Positions 1 through 9,406 of a DNA stretch of 64,000 nt are shown here, piece by piece. The DNA lies in the NCBI GenBank assembly GCA_965649265.1, contig CBFGKC010000007.1, positions 32,001-96,000 on the forward strand, written 5' to 3'. Both the position numbers and the translations under genes were made by a program. Source of the stretch: a candidate division WOR-3 bacterium. GTDB taxonomy: Bacteria; Hydrothermota; Tepidihabitantia; B3-TA06. The notes under the pieces are model-generated. The model was given only the letters and a program-made list of their open reading frames with translations, did not search any database and was not told where the DNA came from. Every line of letters begins with the position of its first letter. Position 1 is the first letter of the stretch.

Positions 1-942
1 TCCATATCCTGTTAGATTTTCCGCGTAAACCACCTTGCCCTTGTTTATGGCTTTCACGGTCTGCCCCCCGGAACAATCTATGTCTACACCGTCGTTTCGG
101 GTTTTTGTGTTATATCTCGGATGCACGTTGATTCCATAGCTCGAAATGATCTTGTGACCGGAAACGGGCCAGGGAAGGGTCCCCCTCCCCTTCTCAATGA
201 CGGTTCCTTGTGGCTTGCGATCGGGTGAGGTGGAGCTTTGCTGATCCATTGTCGAAAGCAGTTTTTCGAGCTGTCGTCTGCGTTCTTCGAGTTCCTTGAC
301 AAGCTTTTCCTTCGATTCCTTTGAACCTTGTATCTCATTGAGCCTGCCCTCCTTGCTGCGCCTTGCGGAAACAAGGGAGTCCTCAGCAGATTTCTTTTCG
401 CCAAGAAGCGCTGAAAGCTCGTTACTGTAAGAAACCAATGTCGATTTCCTCGAATCCAACTCGTCCTTGGTCGCAAGTAATCTCTCAAACAGTCGCTCCT
501 CAGCTCTTGCCGCATACCGTGTGAAATAGATTCTATCATAAACCTCAGCCGCCGAGCGTGCGCCAAAAATAAGTTCCAGATCGTAATACTGACCGCGTTT
601 GTAAATGGATAAAAGGCGCTTTTTCAGATTATCCTTGCTCCCTTCTATCTCTCTTTCAAGACGAGATACCTCCACTTCAAGGGAATCTATCTCCTTTTGT
701 GTTGCCCTTGCCGAGCTTTCAAGTTCGCTTATCAGCCGACGCGAAAGGGTAACCTGCTCATTCAAAAGATCAATCTCCACCTTGACGTTCTTTTCCTGGC
801 TCTGAAGCGTGGTTATCTCTTTTTTTACTGCGGTAAGTCTTGACCGAATATTATCGAGTTCTTTCTGTCTGTCGGCCTTCGACTGAGGCATTACAAGAAA
901 TGGGAAGAGTAAAATGAGGGTCCAGATGAAAAACCGTTTCAC
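1..942 (-). CDS. envC: Murein hydrolase activator EnvC (coiled coil + M23 domain), truncated by window edge
   Basis: Not in the ORF track; translated by hand from a GTG overlapping the ftsX stop: MKRFFIWTLILLFPFLV signal, long coiled coil, then LPWPVSG..YG..HP..NDGVDI..GKVVYAENLTGYG; directly downstream of ftsE-ftsX. Confidence 0.88.
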   Translation of the reverse strand, partial: MKRFFIWTLILLFPFLVMPQSKADRQKELDNIRSRLTAVKKEITTLQSQEKNVKVEIDLLNEQVTLSRRLISELESSARATQKEIDSLEVEVSRLEREIEGSKDNLKKRLLSIYKRGQYYDLELIFGARSAAEVYDRIYFTRYAARAEERLFERLLATKDELDSRKSTLVSYSNELSALLGEKKSAEDSLVSARRSKEGRLNEIQGSKESKEKLVKELEERRRQLEKLLSTMDQQSSTSPDRKPQGTVIEKGRGTLPWPVSGHKIISSYGINVHPRYNTKTRNDGVDIDCSGGQTVKAINKGKVVYAENLTGYG

Positions 943-1796
943 GAACGTTTCAATTTAAATGCGTCAATCGCCAATCCCGATCCGAGCCAGCCGAAAAGCA
1001 CACCTAATCCACCGAGGATCGCGGCAAGCTGCCACGCCGGGAACTCGACTCCCAAAGGAAGTCTGGATACAAGTACGTGCATGACGAAAACGATTGCGTA
1101 TGAAATTGCACCTCCGAATAATCCCTCAAGAATACCCTCTATGACATAAGGAGCCCGCAGGGTTCGAGGAGATACACCCATAAGCCAGTAGATGTCTATT
1201 ACCCTGCGTCTGTCGAGAATGGCAAACCTTGTGGCAAGCATTGTCACAAGAATCCCCGAGAACCCCACGAGAAGAAGAACAAAGAAATCTGCTCCCAGTA
1301 TTGCATAAAGGAAATTGTTGAGCCTTGACAAAAGATATCTGTCAATCCACACCTCCTCCACCCCTTTAAAAAGATTCAGTTTCTGCTCAAGAGCATCGAG
1401 CTTTGCACGCGAACGGTATTCAGGGGTAAGTTTCAGGCGTATGGAGGGAGGAAGTGGATTTGAATCGAGAATCTCAAGAAGCCTTGCATCTTTGCCCAAT
1501 TCACGTTTGAATTCTGAAAGCGCTTCTTCGCTCGACACGGAAGAACCTGACGCAACTCCTTCAATTGTGGATAGCTCAGTCAGCAACTCAGCAGGTTTCG
1601 CATCATTTGCAAGAAACAAGACGACTTCGAGCCTTTCTTCGACTGCCTTTTTGAAATCAATGATGTAAAAGGTTCCGAGCGCGAATACTCCAACGATGGA
1701 AAGAACCACGGCAAAAATCGCGGCTGCAGCAAAGGATATCCTTCTGCCTTTGAAAAAAAGAGTTGAACCTTCCTTAAGTACAAACCCGGGATTCAC
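939..1796 (-). CDS. ftsX: Cell division permease FtsX
   Basis: 4-TM ABC permease, NPLPPS motif, PYVIEG; coupled to ftsE. Confidence 0.9.
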   Translation of the reverse strand: MNPGFVLKEGSTLFFKGRRISFAAAAIFAVVLSIVGVFALGTFYIIDFKKAVEERLEVVLFLANDAKPAELLTELSTIEGVASGSSVSSEEALSEFKRELGKDARLLEILDSNPLPPSIRLKLTPEYRSRAKLDALEQKLNLFKGVEEVWIDRYLLSRLNNFLYAILGADFFVLLLVGFSGILVTMLATRFAILDRRRVIDIYWLMGVSPRTLRAPYVIEGILEGLFGGAISYAIVFVMHVLVSRLPLGVEFPAWQLAAILGGLGVLFGWLGSGLAIDAFKLKRS

Positions 1797-2443
1797 GCGA
1801 GCCCCTCTTTAGAAAGAGCGAGCACTCTTCCGGGAAGAAAGTTCAAGACCTCATGTACGTGGCTTGCCGCAAGTATCGTCATCCCTTTATGATTAACTTC
1901 GCCGAGAAGCTTGAGCATCTCACGCTCCTCCCTTTCATCCAGAGCCGAGAATGGCTCATCCATTATCAAGATATCTGGTTCCTTGGCTAGCGCTCGCGCA
2001 AGAGCAATCTTTTGTCGCTGGCCGACGGACAGTTCATATGGACAACGATATCTTGAATCAAGCATTCCAACATGCCCCAGCCATTGTTCGGCCCTGAGGA
2101 GCGAATCTTTTCTCGAAAAACCAAGAGCCCTTAATATTAAAGCGATGTTATCGAGTGCCGGGCGGTCGTCAAAAAGACGTATATCCTGAAAAACCAACCC
2201 TAGTCTCTGCCTCAAGTTTGAAAGGCCTTTTTCTTTGAGTTTATGGACGTCCTCATCGAAAACGTGAACCTTGCCCTCCGTAGGCTTCTCCGCCCCCCAT
2301 ATAATTCTGAGAAGAACGCTCTTACCTATTCCGGTCGCGCCTATTATCCAGACCCATTCACCTTTTTGAACGGTAAGATTCAAATTTCCCAACACGACTT
2401 GATCCGGTGGAAATAGTTTTGTTAAGCCTTCAACCTTTATCAT
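1793..2443 (-). CDS. ftsE: Cell division ABC ATPase FtsE
   Basis: Walker A GATGIGKS, GLVFQDIRL, signature LSVGQRQK, Walker B ILIMDE; next to ftsX. Confidence 0.88.
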   Translation of the reverse strand: MIKVEGLTKLFPPDQVVLGNLNLTVQKGEWVWIIGATGIGKSVLLRIIWGAEKPTEGKVHVFDEDVHKLKEKGLSNLRQRLGLVFQDIRLFDDRPALDNIALILRALGFSRKDSLLRAEQWLGHVGMLDSRYRCPYELSVGQRQKIALARALAKEPDILIMDEPFSALDEREEREMLKLLGEVNHKGMTILAASHVHEVLNFLPGRVLALSKEGLA

Positions 2444-2459
2444 ATCAGTGCCACATCCT

Positions 2460-3419
2460 TTAGCCTTTACTCAAGTGTTCCCTGATTTTTGCGGCAACAC
2501 CTTGCGGAGTAAAGCCGAAGTAATCCACAAGATCGTTACATGAGCCCGATTCTCCGAATCTGTCCATTACACCAATCTTCAAAAGCCTCGCGGGAATTTT
2601 TTCGGACAAGAGCGAAGCAACGGCGTCGCCCAGTCCGCCTATAACGGAATGTTCCTCGGCCGTTACAATGAAGCCATTTTTCGATGCCGCTTGCAGCACC
2701 GGTTCCTCATCCAGCGGCTTGACCGTATGCATGTCAATGACACCGAGGTATATTCCTTCTTCGTCGAGTAATCGTGAAGCCTCAAGAGCAGGCCAAACGA
2801 GGGAGCCCGTAGCGACTATTGTTCCCATTGTCCCTTCGCGGAGAACTTTGGCCTTACCGATCTGAAAGGTCTCCCCCTCCTTGTAAATGCGCGGAAGATT
2901 GGGTCTCGTGAGTCTCATGTACGTGAGACCTTTATGATCGGCAAGTGTCATTACGAGCGCATACGTGGCAATGTCGTCCGCAGGTGCAATAACGGTTGTT
3001 CTGGGTATTATTCTCAAAAGCGCCATGTCTTCTATCGCCTGGTGCGATGCGCCGTCCTCACCAACCGTTATCCCGGAGTGAGTGGCAACGATGTTCATGG
3101 TAACGCCGGAATACGCGGCGGAGTTGCGAACCTGTTCCCAAGGCTTTCCCACGGCAAACATCGCAAAGGTCGAAACGAAAACGAGCTTACCTGTAGTGGC
3201 CAGACCGACGCCGGTATCTATCATGTCGGCCTCTGCAATCCCCATGTTAAAGAAGCGATCCGGGAAAGCCTTGCGGAATCTTGCCGTTTGCGTCGAAGAG
3301 GAAAGATCCGCATCAAGAACCACAAGATCCTTACGCTTTCTTCCAAGTTCCAGAAGCGCGTCGGAGTACGCCTTGCGAAGAGAGAACTTCTCTACCGTTC
3401 CAGTTCCGCCAGAGCCCAT
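2460..3419 (-). CDS. Transketolase, C-terminal subunit
   Basis: DADLSSST, GIAEADM, GEDGASHQ, EEHSVIGGLG motifs. Confidence 0.93.
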   Translation of the reverse strand: MGSGGTGTVEKFSLRKAYSDALLELGRKRKDLVVLDADLSSSTQTARFRKAFPDRFFNMGIAEADMIDTGVGLATTGKLVFVSTFAMFAVGKPWEQVRNSAAYSGVTMNIVATHSGITVGEDGASHQAIEDMALLRIIPRTTVIAPADDIATYALVMTLADHKGLTYMRLTRPNLPRIYKEGETFQIGKAKVLREGTMGTIVATGSLVWPALEASRLLDEEGIYLGVIDMHTVKPLDEEPVLQAASKNGFIVTAEEHSVIGGLGDAVASLLSEKIPARLLKIGVMDRFGESGSCNDLVDYFGFTPQGVAAKIREHLSKG

Positions 3420-4246
3420 TTCAACTCCTCTTCGGTAGGAGCTCTACCGTGAAATTCAAGATTGTTTTCCATGAACGAAACACCCTTTCCTTTAACCGTC
3501 CTGGCGATTATTGCCGTGGGGCAGCATCTCTCCTCGGATGCGAACCTGAATGCCGAAAGCAGCTGGCTGAAGTCGTGCCCGTCTATCACGAGAACCTGCC
3601 AGCCGAATGCCCTGAATTTTTCGTCGATTGGATCGATATTCATTATTTCTGAGGTCGATCCGTCGATCTGCAGACCGTTCTTGTCCACGATGGCCGTGAG
3701 ATTGGAAAGTTTGTAATGCGAAGCACTCATCGCTGCTTCCCATATCTGGCCTTCCTGGCATTCGCCGTCGCCCATCAACGCGTAAACGCGAGAGGCGAAA
3801 CCGTCGATCCTTAACCCAAGGGCCATGCCGTTAGCAAGCGAAAGTCCGTGCCCGAGAGAACCGGTGCATATCTCTATCCCAGGAGTATTAAAGCACGGAT
3901 GTCCCTGAAGGGGAGAGCCAAGCTGGCGAAGGTTTCCAAGATATTCCTTAGGAAAGTATCCGCAATCCGCAAGAACCGCATAAAGAGCAGGTGCACCGTG
4001 CCCTTTGGAAAGCACGAAGCGATCCCTCTCCGGCCATGAGGGTTCCGCAGGACGATGTTTCATCACATGATAGTAAAGAACGGTAAGAATATCTATTGCG
4101 GAAAGTGAACCACCCGTGTGTCCTGACTGGGCTTTTGCCAGCATCTTAAGGATATCCATGCGCAGCTTTCTGGATTTCGATTTGAGTTCCTCGATGAGTT
4201 CAGCGGGTGGCATATCGTGTGGGAAGTTTAAAGAGTTTTCGTTCAT
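3392..4246 (-). CDS. Transketolase, N-terminal (TPP-binding) subunit
   Basis: SGHTGGSLS, DRFVLSKGH, GSLGHG, GDGE TPP motif. Confidence 0.93.
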   Translation of the reverse strand: MNENSLNFPHDMPPAELIEELKSKSRKLRMDILKMLAKAQSGHTGGSLSAIDILTVLYYHVMKHRPAEPSWPERDRFVLSKGHGAPALYAVLADCGYFPKEYLGNLRQLGSPLQGHPCFNTPGIEICTGSLGHGLSLANGMALGLRIDGFASRVYALMGDGECQEGQIWEAAMSASHYKLSNLTAIVDKNGLQIDGSTSEIMNIDPIDEKFRAFGWQVLVIDGHDFSQLLSAFRFASEERCCPTAIIARTVKGKGVSFMENNLEFHGRAPTEEELKWALAELER

Positions 4247-5158
4247 CTAGTTCCTCACAAGCCTTTCGGCCATTCTGATTGCTGCAATAAGACTTGAAGG
4301 GTCAGCCTTGTCCTTGCCTGCTATGTCGAATGCGGTGCCGTGGAGGGGCGAGGTCCGGACGAAAGGCAGCCCCCACGTTATGTTTACCCCCTCCCCCCTC
4401 GCCAAGAGCTTTGCCGCGACCATACCCTGATCGTGATACTGGCAGAGAAAGCCGTCCACATCTTCCATGTGCAAGTGCATTGTATCGGCTGGAAAGGGTC
4501 CGTCGGCATCAATTCCTTCCTCCCTTGCCTTGGCGATCGCGTCCGCAATCAACCCGTCCTCACCCCTTGAAAACTCGGCTGCATGAGGATTGAGAGCAAG
4601 TACCGCGATCCGTGCGGGCCTTGAGTGGAACTTCGAAAGAAAGTCTTCGTAGAGCCTGAGCTTCGACAATACAATATCTGTGCTTATTGTTTCGGAAACG
4701 GTAGCAAGCGGTTGATGCGTTGTCACGAAAGCAAACGAAGCGTAGGGCGAATGCGCAATCATCAACACTTTCTCTACGCCTGAAGCCTCTGCTAAAAACT
4801 CTGTGTGTCCCGTAAATGACGGATGCGAAAATTGAACAGCTCGTTTGTTAATGGGGCTTGTAACCAGAGCGTCAATTACTCCCTCCGTGATCAATTTGAC
4901 GCCGTGTTCGAGGGCGGTTATTGCCGCTTCGCCTGACGAGCGCTGCACCTTGCCGAACTCGAACTCAAAGTTGCCTGTATCTACAACTCTCGGTAATGTG
5001 AAATTTCGGGACAGCATCATCTGCGTTGCCCTAAGAATACTCAAGGGCCCGATGATTGTCAAGCCGTTAAGCTCCCGGGGCATCTTTTCCAAAGCCTTGA
5101 TGACAATCTCAGGACCTATACCTGCCACATCGCCGAGGGTTATCCCTATACGCGCCAC
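4247..5158 (-). CDS. pdxA: 4-hydroxythreonine-4-phosphate dehydrogenase PdxA family
   Basis: GDVAGIGPE, GHTEFL, NPHA, GPFPAD, YHDQG, RTSPLHGTAFDIAG. Confidence 0.92.
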   Translation of the reverse strand: MARIGITLGDVAGIGPEIVIKALEKMPRELNGLTIIGPLSILRATQMMLSRNFTLPRVVDTGNFEFEFGKVQRSSGEAAITALEHGVKLITEGVIDALVTSPINKRAVQFSHPSFTGHTEFLAEASGVEKVLMIAHSPYASFAFVTTHQPLATVSETISTDIVLSKLRLYEDFLSKFHSRPARIAVLALNPHAAEFSRGEDGLIADAIAKAREEGIDADGPFPADTMHLHMEDVDGFLCQYHDQGMVAAKLLARGEGVNITWGLPFVRTSPLHGTAFDIAGKDKADPSSLIAAIRMAERLVRN

Positions 5159-5198
5159 GCCTGTATTTTATTCAATTTGGGAAAAAGGGCAAGCCCAG

Positions 5199-5226
5199 TT
5201 GACGTAACTAGTTCCACGTTTATAAT
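5199..5226 (+). promoter_or_regulatory. Sigma70-type promoter of ogt (leaderless type)
   Basis: TTGACG-N16-TATAAT, ATG at 5230/5233, no Shine-Dalgarno (SD). Confidence 0.7.
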
Positions 5227-5229
5227 AAA

Positions 5230-5697
5230 ATGATGAGAAGTTACTATTACGATGCGAAATTATTCCAGGTAGAGGTGAAATGGGAAGTGGACAAAGCCGT
5301 GAGTATCGATATTAACCCTTCTAAACCAGCCAGTTCTTATGATACTCCTCCCGGAGAGGTGAGAAAATTCTTTGAAGATTTGAAGGCATATGTCAATGGT
5401 CACAAAGTCGAATTCACCTTGCCGTTGGACTGGTCAAGACTGTCAGATTTTGCGGAAAAGGTTTCAAGAAAACTTTCCCAGACCCGACCCGGCGAAGTAC
5501 TCTCTTACGGTGAACTTGCGAAGAGAGTTGAAAACGAAAAGGCATCACGCGCGGTCGGTAGGGTAATGGCCTCAAATCCTTTTCCGATTGTCATCCCCTG
5601 TCATCGAGTTGTTGGAAGGAACGGGGCCCTGACAGGCTACGGCCCTGGTCTGGAATTAAAGAAACTCCTCTTGAACCTGGAGAGAAGAAGCCGATGA
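5230..5697 (+). CDS. ogt: Methylated-DNA--protein-cysteine methyltransferase
   Basis: SYGELA, RAVG, active-site IPCHRV motif; start may be 5233. Confidence 0.93.
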   Translation: MMRSYYYDAKLFQVEVKWEVDKAVSIDINPSKPASSYDTPPGEVRKFFEDLKAYVNGHKVEFTLPLDWSRLSDFAEKVSRKLSQTRPGEVLSYGELAKRVENEKASRAVGRVMASNPFPIVIPCHRVVGRNGALTGYGPGLELKKLLLNLERRSR

Positions 5698-5873
5698 ATC
5701 ACCAGGCTGATGCTCCACAAAAAGGCATATTGAAGAAAACCACCTTTGCTATAGTTTCCTTATCCCTATTGCTTTTGTCAATCCTGGCTTTACGAATAGC
5801 GGACACGGTTCTATACATCCATCTCGGAGTTCTCCTGAAAGCCATAGTGAAACTATGGCCGATCTCTGGTTGA
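5694..5873 (+). CDS. Small putative membrane protein (59 aa)
   Basis: ATGA overlap with the ogt stop; hydrophobic FAIVSLSLLLLSILAL; below the ORF-track cutoff. Confidence 0.45.
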   Translation: MNHQADAPQKGILKKTTFAIVSLSLLLLSILALRIADTVLYIHLGVLLKAIVKLWPISG

Positions 5874-5933
5874 CGTTACTTATCAATCACCCGTCAAATA
5901 ATGTAGCGAATTCATAATCCAAGGAGGTTTCTT

Positions 5934-6596
5934 ATGAAAAGAATCTTTCTAGGGTTCCTAATACTGTTAGGAATCGGTCTCTCCGGATGTGCTTCCCCTA
6001 AAACCATTAAAAACCGTACATGTTTAGAAAAGTCGACCGTAATTGTTATCAAAAGCGACGGTGACAGTGTGCTGTATAACGGAGACCTCGTCAAGGGCGA
6101 TACCTGCCTTGCAATGTTACTTACCCCCCTCCCCCATGACCTTGCATCGCTTACCATGATTGACGGATGTAACGGTATCTTCTTTCTTAAAGGCGGGCTC
6201 GATTCAGCAACCCGCAAGTATACTATAATTATCCAGGGCGACACAATAGTCATACCGGAAACCGACAGTCTCCGTAAAAGTATACTTGAGAATGGAAGGA
6301 TCATCGTTGGTAACGACACTATATTACTTTCCAGCCCTCTTATTTCAGGAGACAAAGATCTTCCAAAGTGCATAATAGAAGGAGATAAGTACGTAATAGG
6401 GAAAGACACGTTTTATATGCCTAAGTGCGAGAATGGCGTGATCATAATGAACGGAGACACGATCAAGATCGACGAATTAGAGCTCAAGAACAAAGGCCAT
6501 ATAAAGATCATACGGATTATTGAAAACGACTCATACAAAGTCAAGGTTGAACAAAACGTTCAGGGATCAACCGATCCTCAAAAAGAGGAACTATAG
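5934..6596 (+). CDS. Hypothetical lipoprotein with GD(S/T) beta-hairpin-like repeats
   Basis: AAGGAGG SD, lipobox LSGC, repeated GDT/NDT/KDT segments. Confidence 0.75.
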   Translation: MKRIFLGFLILLGIGLSGCASPKTIKNRTCLEKSTVIVIKSDGDSVLYNGDLVKGDTCLAMLLTPLPHDLASLTMIDGCNGIFFLKGGLDSATRKYTIIIQGDTIVIPETDSLRKSILENGRIIVGNDTILLSSPLISGDKDLPKCIIEGDKYVIGKDTFYMPKCENGVIIMNGDTIKIDELELKNKGHIKIIRIIENDSYKVKVEQNVQGSTDPQKEEL

Positions 6597-6615
6597 AACT
6601 CCGACCTTAGCAACC

Positions 6616-6645
6616 AAAAGCTGGTCACAATGACCGGCTTTTTTT
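6616..6645 (+). terminator. Intrinsic terminator
   Basis: AAAAGCTGGTCA-CAA-TGACCGGCTTTTTTT. Confidence 0.75.
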
Positions 6646-6697
6646 CTTGACAGGTTTAATTTGGTGAGTAAACTTTTTCAAAACCAAAGGAGGCACT

Positions 6698-7057
6698 ATG
6701 AAAAAACTCTTATTTCTCTTGATAGCAGGCCTGGGACTAGCCGGAATAGCTTGCTCGAGTGCGAAATACGCGGTCGTAAAAATCACGAATCCCGACAACC
6801 AACCTGTTGCCTTTACTGGATACTACAAAAGCGATATGGTTGACAGCTCCGGAGTTAACGGGACTACACCTGCGACTTATGAAGTCGAAGTTAATCCTGA
6901 CGGTGACCATGTGTACGTTGGTTTCACTAAATCTACTATTACCGACACCGAAAACGAACTCAAGGTCGAGCTTTACTATAGAGGCGACCTGAAGGAAGCA
7001 AAGACCGTCACGATTCCTCTTATTGACTGGGCATTTGTAGATGCCGAGATACCGTGA
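6698..7057 (+). CDS. Hypothetical lipoprotein
   Basis: AAAGGAGG SD, lipobox GIAC. Confidence 0.75.
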   Translation: MKKLLFLLIAGLGLAGIACSSAKYAVVKITNPDNQPVAFTGYYKSDMVDSSGVNGTTPATYEVEVNPDGDHVYVGFTKSTITDTENELKVELYYRGDLKEAKTVTIPLIDWAFVDAEIP

Positions 7058-7092
7058 ACGATAATAGAATAGAGTTCTAAGTTAAATACTAC

Positions 7093-7128
7093 TTATTCCC
7101 TCTTCCGGCAAGCCGGAAGAGGGAATAA
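7093..7128. terminator. Long perfect hairpin / terminator
   Basis: TTATTCCCTCTTCCGGC-AA-GCCGGAAGAGGGAATAA. Confidence 0.75.
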
Positions 7129-7182
7129 TCTTTTATACGGGCTGTATTTAGTGTTATAATATAAACCTTCAAGGAGGATGTA

Positions 7183-8097
7183 ATGAAGAGATTGTTACCC
7201 CTTGTTTTGATCCTTGCGACTCTGGTCGGCACCTTCGGCTGCAAGGGCAAAACCCAAAAACAAGTCAACGAAGTAACCAGCGGACAAAGAAGCGACGAAC
7301 GCTACTATTCGTACGGAGGAACCGCCGAGGAGGCAAAACCTGTGGCCGCTAGCCGCGGAGAAATATCGGATATAAATCGAACGGTCATCGGAACAAGCGA
7401 AGTATCTGACCTCAAATTGCCTGTAAGCAGAATGGTTATCAAAACAGGAAGCCTGGGTATAAGGGTCAAAGACGTTGACAAAGCATATTCACAGGCCTTG
7501 ATGCTCGTCGAAGCTAAAGGCGGATACGTGCAGAGCGGCACGCTTTCGGAGTCAGGGGGAGCCAGGGCTGATTTAACCATAAAGGTTAATCCAGAAGGTT
7601 TCATCTCGCTTGTCTCAGCGCTAGAGGAACTTGGAACCGTCGAAAACAAGACCATCTCGGGACAGGATGTAACAGAGGAGTATTACGATCTTGCCGCGGA
7701 ACTCGAGACGCAACTCGAAATGAAGACTCGCTTTTTTGAACTTCTCAAACAAGCAAGAAATGTTGACGAAGCTATCACGGTCGAACAGCAGCTTGAACGC
7801 ATAGGCTACAACGTTAACCGGATAAAAGGGCGAATGAAGTATCTCGAGACAATGGTCGGCGAATCGACCATCACCCTCTCCCTCTACAGCCAGGCCAAGG
7901 CTGTATCAGAACCCTTCTTCAACTGGAACCAGGTCGGGCACGGCTTCGTAGTTGCGGGGCAGGTTCTTGTATCAATATTCGTAGGAATCCTTTACGCCTT
8001 GGTGGTAATCATCCCTCTTGGAGGTATCGCTTATCTGATTTTCCTGCTCATAAGAGGCATCGTTCGAAAGCAGAAGGCCAAAAAGGCAAAAGGTTGA
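7183..8097 (+). CDS. DUF4349 domain lipoprotein with C-terminal TM helix
   Basis: Lipobox FGC, RMVIKTGSL, GGYVQS, QDVTEEYYDL, C-terminal hydrophobic helix. Confidence 0.85.
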   Translation: MKRLLPLVLILATLVGTFGCKGKTQKQVNEVTSGQRSDERYYSYGGTAEEAKPVAASRGEISDINRTVIGTSEVSDLKLPVSRMVIKTGSLGIRVKDVDKAYSQALMLVEAKGGYVQSGTLSESGGARADLTIKVNPEGFISLVSALEELGTVENKTISGQDVTEEYYDLAAELETQLEMKTRFFELLKQARNVDEAITVEQQLERIGYNVNRIKGRMKYLETMVGESTITLSLYSQAKAVSEPFFNWNQVGHGFVVAGQVLVSIFVGILYALVVIIPLGGIAYLIFLLIRGIVRKQKAKKAKG

Positions 8098-8125
8098 TTA
8101 GGCTATAAGTCAAGGATTATTAAAT

Positions 8126-8183
8126 GAAGGCTCCCGGCAATCCGGGAGCCTTTCTTTAAAAAAGAGGCCGGTATCCCGGCCTC
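8126..8183. terminator. Two hairpins between convergent genes
   Basis: AAGGCTCCCGG..CCGGGAGCCTT and GAGGCCGG..CCGGCCTC. Confidence 0.7.
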
Positions 8184-8200
8184 AATAATCTTTCTTGGGA

Positions 8201-8821
8201 TTATTCCTTTCCGTTGAAAGGAGGGTACTTGTCGGTCATGTAGCCCATGTAGGCGCCGACGCGAAGCATCCAGCGGTTGTAGTTCACTACAAAGTTGAAC
8301 ATACCCTGTGGATACTTGCCCGTAAAAAGGATTGCCCACCACGCGATGAAGCTGACGAAGCCTACCGCTATCGCGAGGAACATGAGGATGAAATAATGAG
8401 GCAACGCGCAATAGAATGCGCCGAAGAAAAGTCTGAGGATAAGGATACCGCGGGAAAGCTTCTCGGGATAGTCTATATTGTAGTGGACAGTGTCGCCTTC
8501 AACCTCTTTGGAAGAGAAGGGCGGATATTTGTCGGTCATGTAGCCCATATAGGCCATAACCCGCTGCATCCAGCGCTGATAGCCCACCACAAAATTGAAC
8601 ATGCCCTGAGGATATTTGCCTGTGAAAAGGATTGCCCACCACGCGATGAAGCTAATAAACCCTACGGCTATGCCAAGAATACCCAAAATGAGAAAGTGGG
8701 GTATTCCTACGTAGAGCCAGCCGAAGAATAGCCTCAGGATTAGAACCCCGCGCGATAGCTTCTCCGGGTAGTCTATATTGAAGTGAAGGGGATACTCAGT
8801 GTTACTCAAAGTAACCTCCAT
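8201..8821 (-). CDS. DUF4389 membrane protein (two tandem domains)
   Basis: Two ~100-aa repeats containing AILFTGKYP..TDKYPPF; 300-bp DNA period. Confidence 0.9.
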   Translation of the reverse strand: MEVTLSNTEYPLHFNIDYPEKLSRGVLILRLFFGWLYVGIPHFLILGILGIAVGFISFIAWWAILFTGKYPQGMFNFVVGYQRWMQRVMAYMGYMTDKYPPFSSKEVEGDTVHYNIDYPEKLSRGILILRLFFGAFYCALPHYFILMFLAIAVGFVSFIAWWAILFTGKYPQGMFNFVVNYNRWMLRVGAYMGYMTDKYPPFNGKE

Positions 8822-8974
8822 TTGGTTTAGCTGTTAAGGTTATTTTATCGGAAATAAGACATCTGTCAATAATCCCTCCCCAAGATTTAAATATCATATT
8901 ATCTATGGGTGATGCGAAGATTTCTGCAACTTGTGATTCCATACAGGATCTACCTGACTAAATCAAATTTAAAT

Positions 8975-9217
8975 TTAAAGGATTCCTCCCCCAAGAAACA
9001 ACCGAATCACCGCCATAATAATTACTAGAATCGAGATAATGAATCCAGCAATGGCCACTCCTGACTTTTTCTTCTGAACTATGGGAACGATTCCGAATAC
9101 GAGTCCAAGTACTCCCAGAACCAAGGCGATCCAGTTTAGCATACCCAATAAAGGGACAAGCCCTATAACGGCAAGCAAAAGCGCCAAGATAGAGAGAATC
9201 AAACTCGCAATACCCAT
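8975..9217 (-). CDS. Small 3-TM membrane protein
   Basis: AAGGAGG SD; MGIASLILSI..LG..FGI..AIAG pattern (DUF4190-like). Confidence 0.75.
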   Translation of the reverse strand: MGIASLILSILALLLAVIGLVPLLGMLNWIALVLGVLGLVFGIVPIVQKKKSGVAIAGFIISILVIIMAVIRLFLGGGIL

Positions 9218-9406
9218 TATTCCTCCTTGTAGTCGTTATTTTTCGTTCTATCGTACTCGCAAAAAGAAGACACGACTTGATTTATCCGCCGGATTATAGG
9301 AAAAGGGAATAGTGTTGTCAACTATTTTAAGCATTTGCGCATAAAGATTTTATAGTCTCCACCATCATCAAGAATCCCACCCTTCCCCCTTCACCCGTGA
9401 GACCTT

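Noticed and set aside
8201-8821. 300-bp internal duplication as a novelty
   Set aside because: Tandem domains are normal for DUF4389 proteins; the opposite-strand ORF 8195-8731 is a shadow.
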